This document shows, piece by piece, positions 26,580 to 36,891 of a DNA stretch of 64,000 nucleotides. Numbering within the stretch: the stretch's first letter is position 1; every line of letters starts with the position of its first letter. This DNA comes from Thermoplasmata archaeon (GTDB lineage: Archaea; Thermoplasmatota; Thermoplasmata; Lutacidiplasmatales; UBA184), in the NCBI GenBank assembly GCA_038729445.1, contig JAVYSA010000001.1, positions 12,300 through 76,299 of the forward strand, in the 5' to 3' direction. A program made the translations under genes and the position numbers. Under the pieces are notes generated by a model. The model worked only from the letters and a program-made list of their open reading frames with translations, was not told where the DNA came from and ran no database searches.

Positions 26580-27481
26580 GGATCGCCTACTACCCCGGCT
26601 GCGTCGCGCAGGAGTCCGGGCGGGAGCTCGACCGGGCGACCCGGTGGGTCGCGCGGGCCCTCGGCATCGAGCTGGTCGAGTTCCCGGGCTTCTCCTGCTG
26701 CGGCTCGGGGTTCGTCGACGAGGCGAACCTCGTCCTCAACGTCGCGATCAACGCGCGCAACCTCGGCATCGCCGAGCGCGCGGGCCTCGACGTGCTGACA
26801 ATCTGCTCGACCTGCCAGGGGATGCTCTCCCTGGCCAACCGCAAGCTCGAGGATCCGGCGATCCGGGCCCGCGTCGACCCGGCCCTCGCCAAGATCGGTG
26901 TCCCGTACCGCGGGACGGTCGCGGTCAAGCACCTCCTCGAGGTCCTCACGCGCGACATCGGCCTCGACGCGATCCGGGCCAAGGTCCGGCGTCCGCTCGC
27001 CGGGCTCAAGGTCGGGGCCTTCTACGGGTGCCACCTGCTCCGGCCCGCGTCCGAGGTCGGCTCCGAGAGCGCGGAGGAGCCGCACGCCTTCGAGGATCTC
27101 CTCTCCGCGCTCGGCGCCGACCCGGTCTTCTACCGCGGCCGGGTGATGTGCTGCGGCTTCCCGATCCTCTTCGTGAAGCCGGACACCGCGAACCGGATCG
27201 GCGGGCGCCAGATCGCCGACGCCGCCGACCACGGGGCCCATGCGATGGCGACCCCGTGCCCGCTCTGCCACATCTCGCTGGACTCGTTCCAGAACAAGGC
27301 GGAGGCGGCGATCGGCCGGCGGCTCGGCCTGCCGGTCTTCCATCTCCCCCAGCTGGTCGGCCTCGCGCTCGGGGCGACCCCCGAGGAGCTCGGCCTCGGC
27401 CGCCATCTCGTCCCGGTCGAGCCGGCCCTCGCCCGCATCGGATCGGCCCCCGCGGCGGGCGGACCCACCAAGGGCCCATAG
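26576..27481 (+). CDS. sdhC: SdhC of type-E succinate:quinone oxidoreductase (HdrB-like, two CCG cysteine-rich domains)
   Basis: ATGA overlap with sdhB. It has duplicated Cys-rich CCG-type motifs (FSCCGSG...CSTCQG and MCCGFP...PCPLCH). This domain architecture is known from the Sulfolobus/Acidianus-type SdhC. Confidence 0.75.
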   Translation: MRIAYYPGCVAQESGRELDRATRWVARALGIELVEFPGFSCCGSGFVDEANLVLNVAINARNLGIAERAGLDVLTICSTCQGMLSLANRKLEDPAIRARVDPALAKIGVPYRGTVAVKHLLEVLTRDIGLDAIRAKVRRPLAGLKVGAFYGCHLLRPASEVGSESAEEPHAFEDLLSALGADPVFYRGRVMCCGFPILFVKPDTANRIGGRQIADAADHGAHAMATPCPLCHISLDSFQNKAEAAIGRRLGLPVFHLPQLVGLALGATPEELGLGRHLVPVEPALARIGSAPAAGGPTKGP

Positions 27482-27508
27482 ACGGGTCCCCTGCTCCCCG
27501 CCGGGGGC

Positions 27509-28194
27509 GTGGCCGGAGCCGGCGAGGCCCCCGCGCCCTCCCTTGGCTGCCGGCGCGGGCCGTTCCGCGAGCCGCCCGGGGAGGACTTCGGCCGGATCCT
27601 CTCCCGGAGCGACGGGATCTTCGCCTTCGCGCTCACGCTCCTGGTCGTCAACCTCACGGGGCTCGGCTTCCTCCGCTGCGAGACCGCCGCGAGCCCCCCC
27701 CGGCTGGACCGAGGACTGCCTCGTCTCGAACCTCTGGGCCACCCCCCCTGGCACGCTTCGGCTACGCGATCGTCTGCTTCGGGATCGCCCTCTGCTGGGC
27801 GAGCCACCACCGCCTGTTCCGCTCCATCGAACGGTACGACGGCGTGGTCCTCTGGACGAACATCCTCGTCCTCATCGCCGTGCCGCCGTTCGTGCTCGAG
27901 GTCTACAACCGCTTCCGCGCGACCCCGGCCGGGGAGACGCTCTTCGCCGTGACCCGCGCTCCGATCGGTCTGCTCCTCGCCGCGATGTGGATCCGGGGGA
28001 CCGGACCGGCGGGCCCGGTCGACCCGGCCCTGCCGATGGCGACCCGACGCTGCCTCCGGGCCCGCGGGCTCGCGTTCCCGCGGATCTTCCTGGCCTCGAT
28101 CCCGGCGGTTTGGGTCCTGCCGGGCTACGGGGCGTGCATCGGGCTCGGGATCGTCCCCGCACGCATGGGGATGCGCCGCTACGGCGCTGCGTGA
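27509..28194 (+). pseudogene. DUF1211/TMEM175-like membrane protein gene disrupted by a frameshift (or sequencing error)
   Basis: The N-terminal part, in the frame of ORF 27509..27952, carries the family signature RILSRSDGIFAFALTLLVVNL. The C-terminal part, in the frame of ORF 26644..28194, carries FGYAIVCFGIALCWASHHRLFRSIERYDGVVLWTNILVL. The frame switches by one nucleotide between two homopolymer C runs, C8 at about 27694-27701 and C7 at about 27743-27749. Confidence 0.6.
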
Positions 28195-28421
28195 GCGTCG
28201 CCGCCCGGTCCGACGACAAACCGGTGGAGCCGGTCGCACGTCTGCCGGAAGTACGCGGCCCCCTGCGGCGCGTACTCGGTGCGGAGCCGCTCCTCGATCC
28301 CTGCCTCGTCGAGGGTCCGGTCGAACGACGGGGTGAACATGCAGGCGAAGACGACGAACCGCCGGTCCTCGATCTCGAACCGGTCGGTCTCCGCGGCGCC
28401 GCAGAACGGGCAGGTCACCAT
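28179..28421 (-). CDS. Small CPxCG zinc-ribbon protein (about 80 aa)
   Basis: MVTCPFCGAAETDRFEIEDRRFVVFACMFTPSF...YFRQTCDRLHRF. An alternative ATG at 28448 (MLPGGIGSG-) lies 4 nt after the stop of the upstream nuclease gene. It is the C-terminal part of listed ORF 28179..28856. Confidence 0.55.
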   Translation of the reverse strand: MVTCPFCGAAETDRFEIEDRRFVVFACMFTPSFDRTLDEAGIEERLRTEYAPQGAAYFRQTCDRLHRFVVGPGGDAHAAP

Positions 28422-28452
28422 CCCGCTTCCGATCCCCCCGGGGAGCATAGGC

Positions 28453-28965
28453 TTAGCGCGTCGGCGGCCCCCCGTCCAGCTCCTCGAGGCTCCACTCCCG
28501 GTACCGTCGCCCGCCCGAGAGGCGGCCGATCGTCCGGTGGAGGCCCGACCAGACCGTCCCCGACGGGATCGTCCCCGCGTCGAGCGCATCGAGCCACCGG
28601 ACCAGGACCTCCCGCTCGGCACCGCCGCCCTCCTGGGCGGAGGGGACGGGCCGGGCCTCCCGGAGGACCTCGACGCCCTCCGGCCGCACGTGCCAGACGC
28701 CGACGAACGCGGCCCGGTGGGGACCCGTCGCGGCCGCGAGGCGCGCCGCGGCGCCGCGGCGCGCGAGGGCGACCGCCACCCAGCTCGCCCAGCGCCGCCG
28801 CCGCAGCGCCTGGCCGAGGGCCTCCGTCGCCGCCGCGCGCTTGAGCTCGATGACACCGATCTCCGATCCCCGCCGGGCGACCAGGTCGAAGTAGTCGGTC
28901 CCGTCCGGGTCCGCGTGGACCCGGTACCCCCGGGCCTCCAGCCAGGCCCGGACCGGGACCCGCAT
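28453..28965 (-). CDS. Hjc-like PD-(D/E)xK nuclease (Holliday-junction-resolvase fold) with about 60-aa C-terminal extension
   Basis: The C-terminal 170 aa of long ORF 28453..31521 read MRVPVRAWLEARGYRVHADPDGTDYFDLVARRGSEIGVIELK.... This E...D...E-x-K arrangement and its spacing are typical of archaeal Hjc. It begins about 38 nt after the mutL stop. Confidence 0.55.
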   Translation of the reverse strand: MRVPVRAWLEARGYRVHADPDGTDYFDLVARRGSEIGVIELKRAAATEALGQALRRRRWASWVAVALARRGAAARLAAATGPHRAAFVGVWHVRPEGVEVLREARPVPSAQEGGGAEREVLVRWLDALDAGTIPSGTVWSGLHRTIGRLSGGRRYREWSLEELDGGPPTR

Positions 28966-29003
28966 CGCCGCCTCGGAGGGGAACGGCTCGCCCGGGGCAG
29001 CCG

Positions 29004-30808
<1,805 letters not shown>

Positions 30809-30812
<4 letters not shown>

Positions 30813-33418
30813 CGGTCCCCCTCCGCCGGGGGCGATCCGGCGAGCCGCGCCTTGAGCTCCGCGAGGCGCCGCAGCGCCTCGACCGGCGTGATCCGCTCGA
30901 CGTCGATCGACCGGATCTCCTCCTCGACCGGCGACGGGGGCGCGGCTTGGGCCACGAGGATCGCCTGCGCGTAGCGGGGACCGCCCCCGGCGGCGGCCCG
31001 CCGGTCCGCGAGCGCGAGGCCTTCCGCCTCGAGCCGCCGCAGCAACCGCTGGGCCTCCTCGAGGACCGGGGCCGGCAGCCCGGCGAGCCGCGCGACGTGG
31101 ACCCCATAGCTGCGGTCGGTCGCCCCGGGGACCAGGCGGTGGAGGAAGACGATCCCGTCCGGGTGCTCCCGGACGGCGAGGTGCGCGAGCCGGGCCGAGG
31201 GGAGGCGCTCGACCAGCTCGGTGAGGTGGTGGTAGTGCGTCGCCAGGATGGTGCGCGCGCGGACGGTGTCGTGGAGGTGCCGCAGGACCGCCCATGCGAT
31301 CGCGACGCCGTCGAACGTGCTCGTGCCCCGGCCGACCTCGTCGAGCAGCACGAGCGAGCGGGGGGTCGCCTCCCGAAGGATCTCGGCGACCTCCGCCATC
31401 TCGACCATGAAGCTCGACTTGCCGCGGCCGATCTCGTCGGTGAAGCCCATCCGCGTGTAGAGGCCGTCGACCCGGCCGATCCGGGCAAACCGGGCCGGCA
31501 CGAACGCCCCGCTCTGCGCAAGGACCACCAGGAGGCCGACCTGGCGCATGTAGGTCGACTTGCCGGACATGTTCGGCCCGGTCAGGACGAGGAGGCGGGA
31601 CCCCTCCCCCTCCAGGTCGACGTCGTTCGGGACGAACCGCTCGGCGAGGAGGCGGTCGAGGATCGGGTGGCGGCCCTCGCGGATCCTGAGCTCGGTCGAC
31701 TCGTCGACCTCGGGCCGGACGCAGCGCCCGTGGACGGCCCGGGTCGCGAACGACTGCAGGGCATCGAGCGAGCCCAGCGCCCGGCCGATGCGGTGGAGCG
31801 CCGGAGCCGCGCGGTCGACCTCCTCGAGGAGGCGATCCCATGCCCGGAGCTCCTCCTCCCGGACCCGGGCCCGGGCGGCCAAGACCCGCGCGGAGCAGGC
31901 CTCGAGGCGGTCGGTGGTGTACCGTTCCGCCTGGGCGACGGTCTGGCGCCGGCGGTAGTGGGAAGGGACCTTCCCGGTGTGGGCCCGCCCGACCTCGAGG
32001 TAGTAGCCGAAGATCTGGTTGTAGCGGACGTGCAGCGTGCGGATTCCGGTCGCCTCCCTCTCCTCGCGCTCGAGGGCCTCGATCTCCCGGACCGCCGCGT
32101 CCTCCTCTGCGCGGGCCCGGTCGACCTCCTCCGCGTGACCGGGGCGGAGGAAGCCGCCCGCCTCGAGGGTCGGGGGGATCTCCGCGGGGAGCGACGCCTC
32201 GAGCGTGGCCAACAGCTCTCCGGGCGGAACGAGGTCCCGGACGAGGCGCTCGACGAGCTCCGATCCCAGCCCGGATCCCAGGGCGGACCGCAGCGGACCG
32301 AGCCGTCGCAGGCCGTCGCGCAGCGCCCCGAGGTCGGGGGGCCGGACCCTCCGCCCGACGACGCGGGAGGCGATCCGGCCGATGTCCGGTGCGTGGGAGA
32401 GGTGCTCCCGGACGGCGGCGAGGGCCGCGGGCGCCCCGACCAGGGCCGCGACCGCGTCCTGGCGGTCCCGGATCGGCCCGACATCAGCGAGTGGGTGGGT
32501 CAGCCAGAAGGAGAGGGTCCTCCGCCCCGCGGCGGTCCGCGTCTCGTCCCAGCTGCCGACGAGCGTCGAGCCCGAGGGATCGTCCGGGTTCATCGGACGG
32601 CTGATCTCGAGGTGGCGCAGGGTCTTGGCGTCGAGGCGCAGCGTCCGCGGGGGAGCCCCCCGGCCGGCCGGACCCAACAGGGGAAGGAGCCGGGGCTGCG
32701 TCGCGGCGAGATAGGCGGCCAGGGAGCGGTCGGCGAGCGCGACGGCCGGGGATTCCGGCGGGGCGGCCCCGGCCGAGGGGGATGCCTCCTCCGCGAGGGG
32801 GGGCGGGGAGGCCTCCACGGCGGCGGAGGGGAACTCGCGCCGGAGGACTGCGCCCAGCGGGCCCTCCGCCTCGGCCGCGGGAGCGACGAGGATCTCCCGA
32901 GGGAAGTACGGGGCCAGGGCCGCCGCGACCGACTCCGGGCGGGGCTCGTCCGAGAGCCCGTGGTACCACTCGCCGGTCGAGACGTCGACGGCGGCCCACG
33001 CCCCGGCCCCCTCCGCGACGACCGCCGCCGCGAGGAAGTTGTGGTCGGGTCCTCCCAGGATGCCGTCCTCGACGGCGGTGCCCGGCGTGACGACGCGGGT
33101 CACCTCCCGTCGGAAGAGGCCCTTGCCGTCCGCCGGCTCCTCGACCTGGTCGCACAGGGCGACGCGGTGGCCCTTGCGGACGAGCCGGGCGAGGTACGAC
33201 TCGACCGCGTGGTGCGGCACGCCCGCCATCGGCGTCCGCTGGCCGTGTGCGTCCGGCGCGCGGGCGGTCAGCTGGACGTCGAGCTCGCGGGCGAGCAGCT
33301 TCGCATCCTCCCCGAACGTCTCGTAGAAGTCCCCGACCCGGAACAGGACGAGGTGCCCGGGGTAGCGCGCGCGGACCCGCTCGTACTGCTCGAGGAGCGG
33401 GGTCAGGGAGGCGCCCAT
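30809..33418 (-). CDS. mutS: DNA mismatch repair protein MutS
   Basis: 869 aa. It has the N-terminal mismatch-binding domain TPLLEQYERVRARYPGHLVLFRVGDFYETFGEDA, the Walker A GPNMSGKST and the ABC signature. Confidence 0.9.
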
Positions 33419-33441
33419 CGGCCCGGCAGTCGGCGAGGCCC

Positions 33442-33448
33442 ATATAAT
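33442..33448 (-). promoter_or_regulatory. TATA box for mutS (leaderless)
   Basis: The minus strand reads gggATTATATGgg about 25 nt upstream of the mutS ATG at 33418. Confidence 0.45.
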
Positions 33449-33468
33449 CCCGAGCGCGCCCGCCGCGG

Positions 33469-33552
33469 CGCTGAGGGGGAGATTTGAACTCCCGCGGCGT
33501 CGCCGCCACCAGCTTTCAAGGCTGGCGCCTTTCCGGGCTAGGCTACCTCAGC
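33469..33552 (-). tRNA. tRNA-Ser (anticodon UGA)
   Basis: The minus-strand fold has a 7-bp acceptor (GCTGAGG/CCTCAGC), D-arm, anticodon stem CCAGC/GCTGG with loop CTTGAAA (anticodon TGA), a long variable arm (TGGCGGCGACGCCGC) and T-arm GGGAG-TTCAAAT-CTCCC. Discriminator is G and CCA is not encoded. Coordinates are ±1. Confidence 0.8.
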
Positions 33553-33609
33553 GCGCCCCGGCGGAAGCCGGGGCGGCTACAAGAAGGCCACCCGCGGGGG
33601 CCGGCCGAG

Positions 33610-33707
33610 TGCAGGTGCCGGGAGTTCCGCGCCGGGAACGGCCCCGGCGATTCGAACCCGGGCGGTCAGCTTGGAGGGCTGACATCCTACCGCTAGATTA
33701 CACCTGC
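33610..33707 (-). tRNA. tRNA-Gly (anticodon UCC) candidate with about 27-nt insertion in the T-arm (possible non-canonical intron)
   Basis: The minus strand reads GCAGGTG-TA-ATCT-AGCGGTA-GGAT-G-TCAGC-CCTCCAA-GCTGA-CCGC-CCGGG-TTCGAAT-[CGCCGGGGCCGTTCCCGGCGCGGAACT]-CCCGG-CACCTGC-A. Acceptor and T stems pair perfectly only if the bracketed 27 nt are removed. The insert itself forms a 7-bp hairpin. Position 33 is C, which is unusual. Confidence 0.55.
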
Positions 33708-33744
33708 GCGGACCGGCCGGCACGCGGAGAGACGGGGGGACTAC

Positions 33745-34314
33745 CTAACCTTTCCCGCCGCCCGTGGCGGGGGCCAGGTCGACGAGCGCAACGCGCTCGA
33801 GGACCAGCGCCTCCCATGCGGAGCGCGGCACGATCTCCCGCTCGGCGGCGGAGATGCCGAGGCGCTCGAGCGTCGCCTCGGTCGGCGGCCGGGGGTAGGC
33901 GGTCGGATCGGGCCGGAGGCCGAACGCCTCCCGGACCTCGGCGAGCGAGCGCGGACGCTCGACCAGGAGCACGAACTGGGTCGTCCCCTCGTGGACGCCG
34001 ACCTTCGCCAGGGCCCGCCCCAGCTGGTCGTCGCCGGCGACGTAGAGGGCGAGCTCCGCTCCCCGGTCGCGCAGCCGTTGCGCGCCCTCGCGCCGGCTCC
34101 GCCCCAGGTGCGCCCACGCCGAGAGGAGATGGCGCTCCCCCGCGATCGCCTCCGCGTCGAACAGCGCGACGAGCGGACCGTCCGGATCGGCGAGACGCCG
34201 GATCGCGGAGACGAGCTCGGCCGAGGTCGGCCGGCCGGGGACGGCGCGGCATGCGCCCTCCGCCTGCAGAGACCGGACGGGGGAAACCCCCGCCGGAGGG
34301 GAGGTCTCCGTCAT
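33745..34314 (-). CDS. cgi121: KEOPS complex subunit Cgi121
   Basis: 189 aa, C-terminal part of listed ORF 33745..35826. LFDAEAIAGERHLLSAWAHLGRS...LALYVAGDDQLGRALAKVGVHEGTTQFVLLV matches the Cgi121 family. Confidence 0.65.
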   Translation of the reverse strand: MTETSPPAGVSPVRSLQAEGACRAVPGRPTSAELVSAIRRLADPDGPLVALFDAEAIAGERHLLSAWAHLGRSRREGAQRLRDRGAELALYVAGDDQLGRALAKVGVHEGTTQFVLLVERPRSLAEVREAFGLRPDPTAYPRPPTEATLERLGISAAEREIVPRSAWEALVLERVALVDLAPATGGGKG

Positions 34315-34922
34315 TGGCGCATGAACCGGAGGAACTCCTCCTTCGTCCGCGGCGCGAGGGTATAGTTCTCCTCCCGCTCGCGTCCGATGGTCGAGGTCGG
34401 CGTGACCCCGTAGTCGTGGCCGGGGAGGACCACCAGCGCCGGGTCTAGCCGGGCGACGATCCCGTGGAGGGTCTCGTACATCGCCTCCGGATCCCCTCCG
34501 GGGAGGTCGGTCCGCCCGCACTCCCCCACGAACAGCGTGTCCCCCGTGGCGACGTGGCCCTCGAACCGGTAGAAGACCGAATCCGGCGTGTGCCCGGGGG
34601 TGTGGAGGACCTCGATGCGGAGGCGGCCGGCCTCGAGCGTGGCCCCGTCGTCCACCGGAAGGTCCGGATGGCGGGGGCTCGCCCGGTGGGCGACCACCCT
34701 GGCCCCGGTCCGGGCGACGACGTCGGCATTCCCCGCCACATGGTCCGGGTGGTGGTGGGTGTTCAGCACGTACGCCACCCGGATCCCTCGCCGGTCGATC
34801 GCCTCGATCACCTCCTCGGGGCCGAAGGACGGGTCGATCACGACCCCGTAGCCTCCCTCGCCTTCCGCCACGAGGTAGGTGAAGTTCTGGTACGGGCCGA
34901 CGTGGAACTGCTCGAGGAGCAC
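34311..34922 (-). CDS. MBL-fold metallo-hydrolase (glyoxalase II / hydroxyacylglutathione hydrolase-like)
   Basis: LLEQFHVGPYQNFTYLV...THHHPDHVAGN...HTPGH...LPGHDYG. The likely GTG start at 34922 is internal to listed ORF 34311..35045. The stop overlaps the cgi121 start in an ATGA overlap. Confidence 0.8.
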   Translation of the reverse strand: MLLEQFHVGPYQNFTYLVAEGEGGYGVVIDPSFGPEEVIEAIDRRGIRVAYVLNTHHHPDHVAGNADVVARTGARVVAHRASPRHPDLPVDDGATLEAGRLRIEVLHTPGHTPDSVFYRFEGHVATGDTLFVGECGRTDLPGGDPEAMYETLHGIVARLDPALVVLPGHDYGVTPTSTIGREREENYTLAPRTKEEFLRFMRQ

Positions 34923-35043
34923 GGGGCGAACAGCGGACTCGGGTATTTGACCGTCGGGAGGGGATCGGGCCCTCCCCTCCGGTGCTCGCCGGCGGTGCGC
35001 CGCTCCTTTTAAGCCCGGGAGGGTCGCGAGTCCGGAGGGTTCC

Positions 35044-36054
35044 ATGGCGGACGACGCCGCGGTCGCGGTCGATCGGCTGACGAAGGTTTACGAGGGAGGC
35101 GTCCGTGCCCTCGACGGGATCTCGTTCGAGGTCCGTCCGGGAGAGGCGTTCGGGCTCCTCGGCCCGAACGGCGCCGGCAAGACGACGACCGTGTCGATCC
35201 TGACCACGCTCGTCCAGCCGACCGGAGGCACGGCCCAGGTCGACGGGATCGACGTGACCGAGCGGCCGGAGGAGGTCCGCCGGCGGATCGGCCTCGCCTT
35301 CCAGGTCTCGACCGCCGACGGCGAGTTGACCGGCCGGGAGAACCTCGAGGTCGCCGCGGGCCTCGAGGGGATGCCACGGGCGCTGGCCCGGCGCCGGATC
35401 GACGAGCTGCTCGAGCGGATGCAGCTCGCCGCGGCGGCCGACCGGCCGGCGAAGACCTACTCCGGGGGGATGCGCCGCCGGCTGGAGCTCGCCGTCGGGG
35501 TCGTCCATGCCCCGAAGATCCTCTTCCTCGACGAGCCGACCCTGGGGCTCGATCCGCAAAGCCGGGCCGGATTCTGGGAGTTCATCCGCCGCCTGCGCGA
35601 GGAGACCGGGCTCACGCTCGTGCTGTGCACCCACTACCTCGAGGAGGCCGACCAGCTCTGCGAGCGGATCGCGATCGTCGACCACGGCCGGATCGCGGCG
35701 ATCGGCACCCCGGCGGAGCTCAAGGACCGCATCGGCGGGGACACGGTCGCGGTCCGGCCGACCGCCGCCGCCGACCTGGAACCGATCCTCCGCGGGATTC
35801 CGGGCGTGCTGGGGGTCGCCGCGCACGACGGGTCCTGGCGCGTCAAGTGCTCCCGCGGGGAGTCGCTGGTGCCCGCGATCGTGACGGCCTGCGATCGGGC
35901 CGGCGTCGCGCTGGCGAGCGTCGAGATCCGCAAGCCGAGCCTCGAGGAGGTCTTCCTCGAGCTCACCGGACGAGAGTACCGGGAGGAGGAGGGGAGCGCG
36001 GGCTCGTTCTTCGCGGAGCGGTTCCAGCAGATGCGCCAGGCGGGGAGGCGCTGA
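35044..36054 (+). CDS. ABC transporter ATP-binding protein
   Basis: Walker A GPNGAGKTT, signature YSGGMRRRLE, Walker B ILFLDEPTLGLD and an H-loop CTHYLEEA. Confidence 0.9.
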   Translation: MADDAAVAVDRLTKVYEGGVRALDGISFEVRPGEAFGLLGPNGAGKTTTVSILTTLVQPTGGTAQVDGIDVTERPEEVRRRIGLAFQVSTADGELTGRENLEVAAGLEGMPRALARRRIDELLERMQLAAAADRPAKTYSGGMRRRLELAVGVVHAPKILFLDEPTLGLDPQSRAGFWEFIRRLREETGLTLVLCTHYLEEADQLCERIAIVDHGRIAAIGTPAELKDRIGGDTVAVRPTAAADLEPILRGIPGVLGVAAHDGSWRVKCSRGESLVPAIVTACDRAGVALASVEIRKPSLEEVFLELTGREYREEEGSAGSFFAERFQQMRQAGRR

Positions 36055-36878
36055 TGCTGCAGGAGCTCTACGCCCTCCTCCGCCGGGAGTTCCTGCGGTG
36101 GGTCCGCAGCCCGATCTGGATCTTCACGAGCCTCCTCCTGCCGATCCTCTACCTGATCCTCTTCGGCCAAGGGTTCGGCCAGGGGCTCAACCAGTGCCCC
36201 CCGCCGCTCGGCCTCTCCTGCTTCCTGGGCGCGCCGAACTACTTCTCGTTCTTCTCGGTCGGGATGGTCGGCTTCGTCGCCCTCACCATGTCCCTGTTCA
36301 GCGGGGCGAACATCATCTTCGACAAGGGGGCGGGCATCATCAAGCGCCAGGTCGCGACGCCGGCGCCGCGCTCGGCCCTGTTCCTCTCCCCGCTCCTCTT
36401 CCGCTCGCTCATGGGGCTCGTCCCCGCCTTCCTCGTCCTCGGGCTCGCGGTCGTCCTCGCCCACGTGCCGGGGTTCGTCGGGCTCACCATCAGCCACAAC
36501 CCCGGTGTGGTCGGCGCCCTCGAGATCGTCGCCGCGGTCGTCGTCCTGTCGCTGATGTTCAACGCCCTCTTCCTCGCCTTCGGCTTCGCGCTCGAGAGCC
36601 CGAACTCCTACTTCGGCATCGTCAACATGCTCAACCTGCCGATCCTCTTCCTTTCCAACGCCCTCTACCCGCCGCTCGACGAGCCGGGCTGGCTCCTCTC
36701 GATCTCCACGTACAATCCGGTCTCCCTGTGCATCAACGTGATGCGCATCAACCTCTTCGGCTCGGGCGCCTACTACGCGGAGCCCGCGGCGGTCTACCTC
36801 GCCGGCCTGCTCGCATGGGCGGCTCTCTTCCTGGTCGCCGCCGTCGCCGTGGGGCGCCGGGCGATGCGGACCCCGTAG
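36054..36878 (+). CDS. ABC-2 type transporter permease
   Basis: ATG overlaps the ATPase stop in a TGATG overlap. The product has 6 predicted TM helices and the ABC-2 family pattern. Confidence 0.8.
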   Translation: MLQELYALLRREFLRWVRSPIWIFTSLLLPILYLILFGQGFGQGLNQCPPPLGLSCFLGAPNYFSFFSVGMVGFVALTMSLFSGANIIFDKGAGIIKRQVATPAPRSALFLSPLLFRSLMGLVPAFLVLGLAVVLAHVPGFVGLTISHNPGVVGALEIVAAVVVLSLMFNALFLAFGFALESPNSYFGIVNMLNLPILFLSNALYPPLDEPGWLLSISTYNPVSLCINVMRINLFGSGAYYAEPAAVYLAGLLAWAALFLVAAVAVGRRAMRTP

Positions 36879-36891
36879 GGGCGGCCGCCCG

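Noticed and set aside
33484-34448. Plus-strand ORFs 33484..33696 and 33609..34448
   Set aside because: They overlap the two minus-strand tRNA genes and cgi121. Their translations are Arg/Pro-rich junk.
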